From positions 1,984,001-2,048,000 of the forward strand of contig OY969474.1 in NCBI GenBank assembly GCA_963700145.1: a stretch of DNA of 64,000 nt, written 5' to 3'. This DNA is from an uncultured Acidobacteriota bacterium (GTDB taxonomy: Bacteria > Acidobacteriota > Thermoanaerobaculia > Multivoradales > UBA5704). Below the pieces are notes generated by a model that saw only the letters and a program-made list of their open reading frames with translations, was not told the DNA's origin and made no database searches. A program made the position numbers and the translations under genes. Shown here piece by piece: positions 59,076 through 64,000 of this stretch (its first letter is position 1; every line of letters starts with the position of its first letter).

Positions 59076-60572
59076 CTACCGACTTCCGAAAACGATGCGG
59101 CCGATCGACAGGTTCACCCCGACGTCGGGCGTGTTGTCGAAGTTGGCGACGTTCTCGGTGATGCCGAAGCGAATGCCGAAGCCGCGGTAGAGGCGCTGCA
59201 GGCCGACGGTCACCTGGATCTTGGTCGCCGCGAGCTCGTCCAGCTTCGTCGCCTGCACGGCGCTCCGGCTGAGATAGCCCTGCAGGATGAAGTTGGTGTT
59301 GCGGGTGACCTTGGTTTCCCAGCCCACGATCGAAGTCGGGATCCAGCTTTCGTCCCCCAACCGCCGGTCGATGGGCCGATAGTAGACGCCGGCCATCGTG
59401 AGATAGAAGGCGTTGCGATGCAGGAATCGCTGCAAGGACACCTGCACGCCGTAGTCGTGGTGGCCGTTGGTTACGAAGAGGTGCGGCGATTGAACGGCGA
59501 GCTTCGCTGCCGTCTCCACGACCAGGCGGAAGCGCGGATTTGACACCGCCTCCATGCGCACCCCGAACACGGGATCGCCGAACCCGTCCTCCGGTGGGCC
59601 CTCGACGCGCGGCCGGAATCCGTTGATGTTGCCAACCACCACGAAGCGGTTCCGTGGCACGCCCTCGCGGCCGGCGTTGGAGAAACCGGCCGAATGGTGG
59701 AAAGACTCGATGGTGTCATCGAGGAAGCCGCCCTGGAACGTGTAGTACGGGAGCGTGCAGTTGACCGCGAAGCGACGCGTGGCTCGGTAGTGCAGAGTCA
59801 GGTCCGTGACACCGAATTCGCCGTCGACCAGGTAGAGCTCCCCAGGCAAGGCGAGGATGCCTTCCAGATCCCCTTCGCTCAACTCCTCGCGCTCGGCACC
59901 GCGGGCGGCGAGGTAGTCGCGAACGTTCTGCGACAGCGCCCAGGTGTTCTGGTGCGAGATGTTCAGCTCCACGGCGAACGTCCCCGGGGTGGCGCTCACC
60001 GCGTGCGCCGGGAGCATGTCGAGGCGAGAGATCCCGAATGGCGTCATGTCCCGGATTCGCATGAGCCCCAAGGTCTGCCACGCTGGCGCCTCCGCCGTGC
60101 CGTCGCCGGCTGCAGGGGTCGAGACCATCACCAGAGCCCCGAGCCCCAGAGCGAACGCTCGCCTCACCCTGGGGAAGTGGCGGATCACGAAGAGCAAGTA
60201 CGCCAGCCACAGCGCGAGCCACGCAGACCCGACGGCGAGAAGCCCGACCGTGAAGAGGATCAGGCTCGGAACGAGGAACAGCAGGACGTCACCGAGCAGC
60301 CAGAAGCGATCGCCTCGCCGGAAATACAGGGCCCGCTCAGCTTCATCGATCCGGCCGCCGAGCGAGGCGAGGTAGTAATAGAAGGACGAGAACACGAGGG
60401 AGAACGTCGCCACGCCCATCACGACGAACGTGGCTTGAAACAGCCACGCGTTGAGCTCGCCGCGCGCGAACCTCGGATACATGAAGAACAGCATGAAGGT
60501 GAAGATCGGGACGCTCATCGCGGCGAGCGAATACGCGCGATTGACGTTGGCTGCGGCGAGCTCGTCGGCCAA
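59076..60572 (-). CDS. 4-TM membrane domain fused in frame to a DUF3187-like outer-membrane beta-barrel protein
   Basis: TTG start at 60572; TM block, then signal-like RRAFALGLGALVMVSTPAAG, GGFLDDTIESFH, GFGD, ENVANFDNTPD. Confidence 0.65.
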   Translation of the reverse strand: MADELAAANVNRAYSLAAMSVPIFTFMLFFMYPRFARGELNAWLFQATFVVMGVATFSLVFSSFYYYLASLGGRIDEAERALYFRRGDRFWLLGDVLLFLVPSLILFTVGLLAVGSAWLALWLAYLLFVIRHFPRVRRAFALGLGALVMVSTPAAGDGTAEAPAWQTLGLMRIRDMTPFGISRLDMLPAHAVSATPGTFAVELNISHQNTWALSQNVRDYLAARGAEREELSEGDLEGILALPGELYLVDGEFGVTDLTLHYRATRRFAVNCTLPYYTFQGGFLDDTIESFHHSAGFSNAGREGVPRNRFVVVGNINGFRPRVEGPPEDGFGDPVFGVRMEAVSNPRFRLVVETAAKLAVQSPHLFVTNGHHDYGVQVSLQRFLHRNAFYLTMAGVYYRPIDRRLGDESWIPTSIVGWETKVTRNTNFILQGYLSRSAVQATKLDELAATKIQVTVGLQRLYRGFGIRFGITENVANFDNTPDVGVNLSIGRIVFGSR

Positions 60573-60577
60573 GGCGC

Positions 60578-61408
60578 CTACCCTCGGACAAACGCCAGCA
60601 GGTCGGCGTCGATCACGTCGGCGTGGGTCGTGCACATGCCGTGCGGGAACCCCCGGTAGGTCTTGAGGGTTCCGTTCTTCAGCAGCTTCGCCGACAGCAG
60701 CGCGGAGTCCGCGATCGGCACGATCTGGTCGTCGTCGCCGTGCATCACGAGCGTCGGCACGTCGATCTGCTTCAGATCCTCGGTGAAGTCGGTCTCCGAG
60801 AACGCCGCGATGCCGTCGTGGTGCGCCTTGGCGCCGCCCGCCATCCCCTGGCGCCACCAGTTCTGGATCACCCCTTGCGACGGGCTCGCGCCGGGTCGGT
60901 TGAAGCCGTAGAAGGGACCGCTCGAGAAGTCGAGGTAGAACTGAGCGCGGTTGGCGGCGAGCTGCTGGCGCAGGCCGTCGAACACCTCGATCGGCAGTCC
61001 GCCGGGATTGGCCGGCGTCTTCACCATGATCGGTGGCACCGCTCCGATCAGCACCAGCTTGGCGACGCGCCCCTGGCCGTGGCGCGCGACGTAACGCGTC
61101 GCCTCGCCGCCACCCGTGGAGTGGCCGACGTGGACGGCGTTGCGGAGATCGAGGTGCTCGACCACGGCGGCGGCGTCGGCTGCGTAGTGGTCCATGTCGT
61201 GACCATCGCCGACCTGGCTCGAGCGACCGTGGCCGCGGCGGTCGTGCGCGACGACGCGATAGCCCTGCCCGACGAAAAACAGCATCTGGGTGTCCCAGTC
61301 GTCCGCGCTGAGCGGCCAGCCGTGGTGGAAGACGATGGGCTGGGCGTTCTTCGGGCCCCAGTCCTTGTAGTAGATCTCGACGCCGTCGCGAGTGGTGATC
61401 GTGGCCAT
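60578..61408 (-). CDS. cpo: Non-heme chloroperoxidase / alpha-beta hydrolase
   Basis: [36 protein letters not shown]. Confidence 0.93.
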   Translation of the reverse strand: MATITTRDGVEIYYKDWGPKNAQPIVFHHGWPLSADDWDTQMLFFVGQGYRVVAHDRRGHGRSSQVGDGHDMDHYAADAAAVVEHLDLRNAVHVGHSTGGGEATRYVARHGQGRVAKLVLIGAVPPIMVKTPANPGGLPIEVFDGLRQQLAANRAQFYLDFSSGPFYGFNRPGASPSQGVIQNWWRQGMAGGAKAHHDGIAAFSETDFTEDLKQIDVPTLVMHGDDDQIVPIADSALLSAKLLKNGTLKTYRGFPHGMCTTHADVIDADLLAFVRG

Positions 61409-61434
61409 CTCGGTCTCCTTTCTTGACCAGGGGC

Positions 61435-62295
61435 TCATGCGAACCGCTTGACGAACTCGAGGGCCTTCTCGGCGACCTCCCGCCAGCCGGCGTCGATGGT
61501 CAGCGCGTGCCCGCGGCCCGGCATCTTGACGATCTCGGTCACGCCCCGGTTGCGCTTCTGCTTCTTGTACGACGCGTTCGCGATCGCCCAGGGGACCGTC
61601 TGGTCCGCATCGGCCGAGACGATCAGCATCGGACCGCGCTCCGGGTTCGTCGAGTCGACCTTCGCCTCCGACCACGGGTTGAGGTTCGCGGCCGCCGCCT
61701 GGAAGAGCGGTTCGCCGGCGCCGGGGACGGAGTAGCCGAGGTACAGCTCCTTCGCCTCGTCCTCGCCGACCGCGTTCGCGAAGCTGTAGCGGAACTGGTC
61801 GTAGGTGAGCGGGACCGCGCGGTTCCAGTTCGCGGGGTTGCGCAAGGCGACGCTCGCCGTCCGCAGCGCCGCGTACGGCAGCGGCAGCACGCCGCGGAAC
61901 GGAGCCGGGCTGATCACGACCGAGGCGCTGGCGAGCCCACGCCCCGCGAGGATCATGGCCAGCAGGCCCCCAAAGGAGTGGCCGATGATCGCGGGCTTGC
62001 GATGCAGGCGGCGGATGATCGCCTCCTCGTAGCCGGCGATCTCGCCGATCCCCTTGCCCGCGAACACCTCGGGGTGCTCTCTGGCCTCGGCGACCGTCTC
62101 GGGATCGTCGGGCCAGCCCGGTGTCACCGCCACGTAGCCGGCCTCTTCGAAGAGCGTCACCCAGCGGTCCCAGGCCGAGGGCAGCAGCCAGAGCCCGTGA
62201 ACGAAGACGACTGGTGTCACGCCCTTAGCGTTCGCGCGCTCGACCTGGGCTGCCTCGTGCTCCGTGATGGTCCGTTCGGTGGTTGCGGTGGTCAT
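61435..62295 (-). CDS. Alpha/beta hydrolase
   Basis: VHGLW, GHSFGG, D and H catalytic residues. Confidence 0.9.
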   Translation of the reverse strand: MTTATTERTITEHEAAQVERANAKGVTPVVFVHGLWLLPSAWDRWVTLFEEAGYVAVTPGWPDDPETVAEAREHPEVFAGKGIGEIAGYEEAIIRRLHRKPAIIGHSFGGLLAMILAGRGLASASVVISPAPFRGVLPLPYAALRTASVALRNPANWNRAVPLTYDQFRYSFANAVGEDEAKELYLGYSVPGAGEPLFQAAAANLNPWSEAKVDSTNPERGPMLIVSADADQTVPWAIANASYKKQKRNRGVTEIVKMPGRGHALTIDAGWREVAEKALEFVKRFA

Positions 62296-62323
62296 CTCTT
62301 CCTCCTCGTTCGCATGCTGGTTA

Positions 62324-62350
62324 GACCGCGTCGCCTGTCCCGATGTGACA
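62324..62350 (-). promoter_or_regulatory. ECF41-type promoter
   Basis: TGTCACA-N16-GGTC upstream of the hydrolase gene. Confidence 0.75.
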
Positions 62351-62361
62351 GCTTGCCGTCA

Positions 62362-62916
62362 TCACAGCTTGACCATCGGCAACGGCGACAGCGGATGCCT
62401 GCGGAACCTCTCGAACGTCAGCTGCACGAGGCGCCAGTGAAACCCGGCGTTCGGCCAGCCGGCGAGCACCGATCGGACCAGCGTACGCGAGAGCCCGAAC
62501 GTTCGCAGGCCGCGCGTCACGTCGATCCAATCCGCTCGCCGGAAGGGCTCGACGAGCGAATCGCGACTCGTGTGGGACGACGTGATCTTGTGGTGGTCCG
62601 AGATCATCTGTTCGATCTCGGCGACCCAGGCCGCCCGATCGTGGGCGACGAGGTACTCGCGTGCGAGCGCAACGGACGGCGCGATGTAGTCGAATGTCTT
62701 GTTGGCCCAGATCCCGAGGTCGTGGAAGACCGCGGCGACCGCGATCTTCTCGAGATCGCCGCGGTCTTCCACCATGGCGGCGCACAGATTCGCGACGCGG
62801 TACACATGATTCCGATAGGCGATGAAGTCGGGTCCCAGCTCCGGCGCGTGATCGCGCAGGACCTCATCGATCGTCGGGATGCTCGTCAAGAGGCCGGTGG
62901 CGGCGGCGGGCTGCAT
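62362..62916 (-). CDS. HD-domain protein
   Basis: YRNHVYRV, FHDLGIW, FRRADWID. Confidence 0.8.
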   Translation of the reverse strand: MQPAAATGLLTSIPTIDEVLRDHAPELGPDFIAYRNHVYRVANLCAAMVEDRGDLEKIAVAAVFHDLGIWANKTFDYIAPSVALAREYLVAHDRAAWVAEIEQMISDHHKITSSHTSRDSLVEPFRRADWIDVTRGLRTFGLSRTLVRSVLAGWPNAGFHWRLVQLTFERFRRHPLSPLPMVKL

Positions 62917-62920
62917 CGCG

Positions 62921-63598
62921 CTAATCGTCGAACGGCGCGTTCAGCAACAGATCGACCGTCGACATGGGTTTGTAGCCGGGCACGAAGCGCTCACCGAAAT
63001 CACGCAGGAAATTGTCGTAGGTCGTCTCCGGCTTCGCGGCCACGAGGCGACAGCACGTCTCGGTGAATTTGGCCTTCATCTCGAGACGTGGGAAGGCGCG
63101 GAGGATGGCGGTCATGTCGGCCGCGGGGACCAGCTCGTAGAAGAAGCCGCCGTAATCGAGCCCGATGCCCATGGTGCCGAGGGCCACTTCCGCTTCTTTG
63201 TGAAGGGCTATGGAGGGGGTCGAGTTGAGGGCGACGAGGTCCCAGATGAGCTGCGCTCGACGGCCCGAGAGGCCCCGTTCCTTGACGAACGACAGGGCGG
63301 CGGCGGCGCCGTTGACCTCGAAGCGGTTTGCGCCCGACACGGCGGGCGAGAGGCCGATGTCGTGGAGGATGGCGCCCACCGCGACCACCTCGAGGTCACA
63401 GTCGATGCCTTGCGACTGCCCGATCTTGGCTGCGAAGAGCCACGACCGCATGGCGTGATGGAAGAGGTAGGGGTCGTAGAGCTTCCGGGCGTAGTCGAGC
63501 ACGTCGCTGATCAGCGGCGAGTCAGGCACGCTGACGCCGGCGACGACGCTTGCGCCCAGTGGGTGGCGAGGAGAGTCCCCCGAGCTCCCAGTGCTCAT
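62921..63598 (-). CDS. HD-domain protein (cyanamide hydratase-like)
   Basis: HAMRSW, LHDIGL, RFEVNGA, FPRL; ATG at 63598. Confidence 0.8.
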   Translation of the reverse strand: MSTGSSGDSPRHPLGASVVAGVSVPDSPLISDVLDYARKLYDPYLFHHAMRSWLFAAKIGQSQGIDCDLEVVAVGAILHDIGLSPAVSGANRFEVNGAAAALSFVKERGLSGRRAQLIWDLVALNSTPSIALHKEAEVALGTMGIGLDYGGFFYELVPAADMTAILRAFPRLEMKAKFTETCCRLVAAKPETTYDNFLRDFGERFVPGYKPMSTVDLLLNAPFDD

Positions 63599-63658
63599 GT
63601 GCCGGTCTCCTGAATGGTCGGCCTGCGAAGCGGGATCGCTTGCAGTCGCGTTCGTGAA

Positions 63659-63685
63659 GACCGGAGACCGCGCCGCGATGTGACA
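63659..63685 (-). promoter_or_regulatory. ECF41-type promoter
   Basis: TGTCACA-N16-GGTC upstream of the HD gene. Confidence 0.75.
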
Positions 63686-63795
63686 ATCGTGGCTCAGTGC
63701 GTGGCAGTCCGTGTGGGAGTCACGAAGTTCGCCTACACTCACACCCGCCCAGGGGGCTCGGTTTCCGAGCGTTGGAGAGGCTGAGCGTTGCCGCC

Positions 63796-64000
63796 ATGCG
63801 GAGCATGTCAACTCCACTCGATGACGACGGCCTCCCGGCGTTCCTGAGCATTCGTTCTCGTCTCTTCGGCATCGCCTACCGGATGCTCGGTAGCGCCATG
63901 GAAGCAGAGGACGTCGTACAGAACGTCTGGATACGCTGGCAGACGGTGGATCGCAGCCTGGTTCGGGATGCTGCGGCATTCCTGGTGACCGCGGCGACGC
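63796..64000 (+). CDS. ECF41/SigJ-like sigma factor, N-terminal part (runs off the window)
   Basis: RLFGIAYRMLGSAMEAEDVVQNVWIRW...DAAAFL. Confidence 0.85.
   Translation, partial: MRSMSTPLDDDGLPAFLSIRSRLFGIAYRMLGSAMEAEDVVQNVWIRWQTVDRSLVRDAAAFLVTAAT

Overview
GC-rich bacterial DNA; the gene families suggest Acidobacteriota, probably Thermoanaerobaculia (inference only). 1-11.9 kb is the conserved str-S10-spc ribosomal operon on the minus strand (rpsL-rpsG-fusA-tuf-rpsJ ... rplF, start of rplR). 12.2-21 kb is a visibly lower-GC block encoding a beta-propeller-like protein, an M23 peptidase, a TPR-CHAT protease and a hypothetical protein, divergent from an ECF sigma factor and a zf-HC2 anti-sigma. 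21-40 kb holds an acyltransferase, an MFS transporter and a potassium-uptake cluster: two Kup paralogs, porin-kdpFABC, a split KdpD, KdpE and a receiver-less KdpE. 40-46 kb encodes two large secreted repeat proteins. 46-59 kb is accessory: two XRE-like HTH genes, TPR fragments, a PCD/DCoH-like protein, a complete IS256 with a 9-bp TSD, a heme-c/VWD surface protein, a SymE remnant and a PemK TA pair. 59-64 kb is a hydrolase/HD cluster with two ECF41-type promoters and its sigma factor. The strongest unexplained signal is two independent arrays of exactly 21-bp period, 27 kb apart. Both are built on the palindromic core RGAT-NN-ATCY (11 and 10 perfect cores, variable linkers), and there is a third, weaker 21-bp array. 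A 20-bp REP-like palindrome occurs both between rplE and rpsN and in frame inside kdpA.
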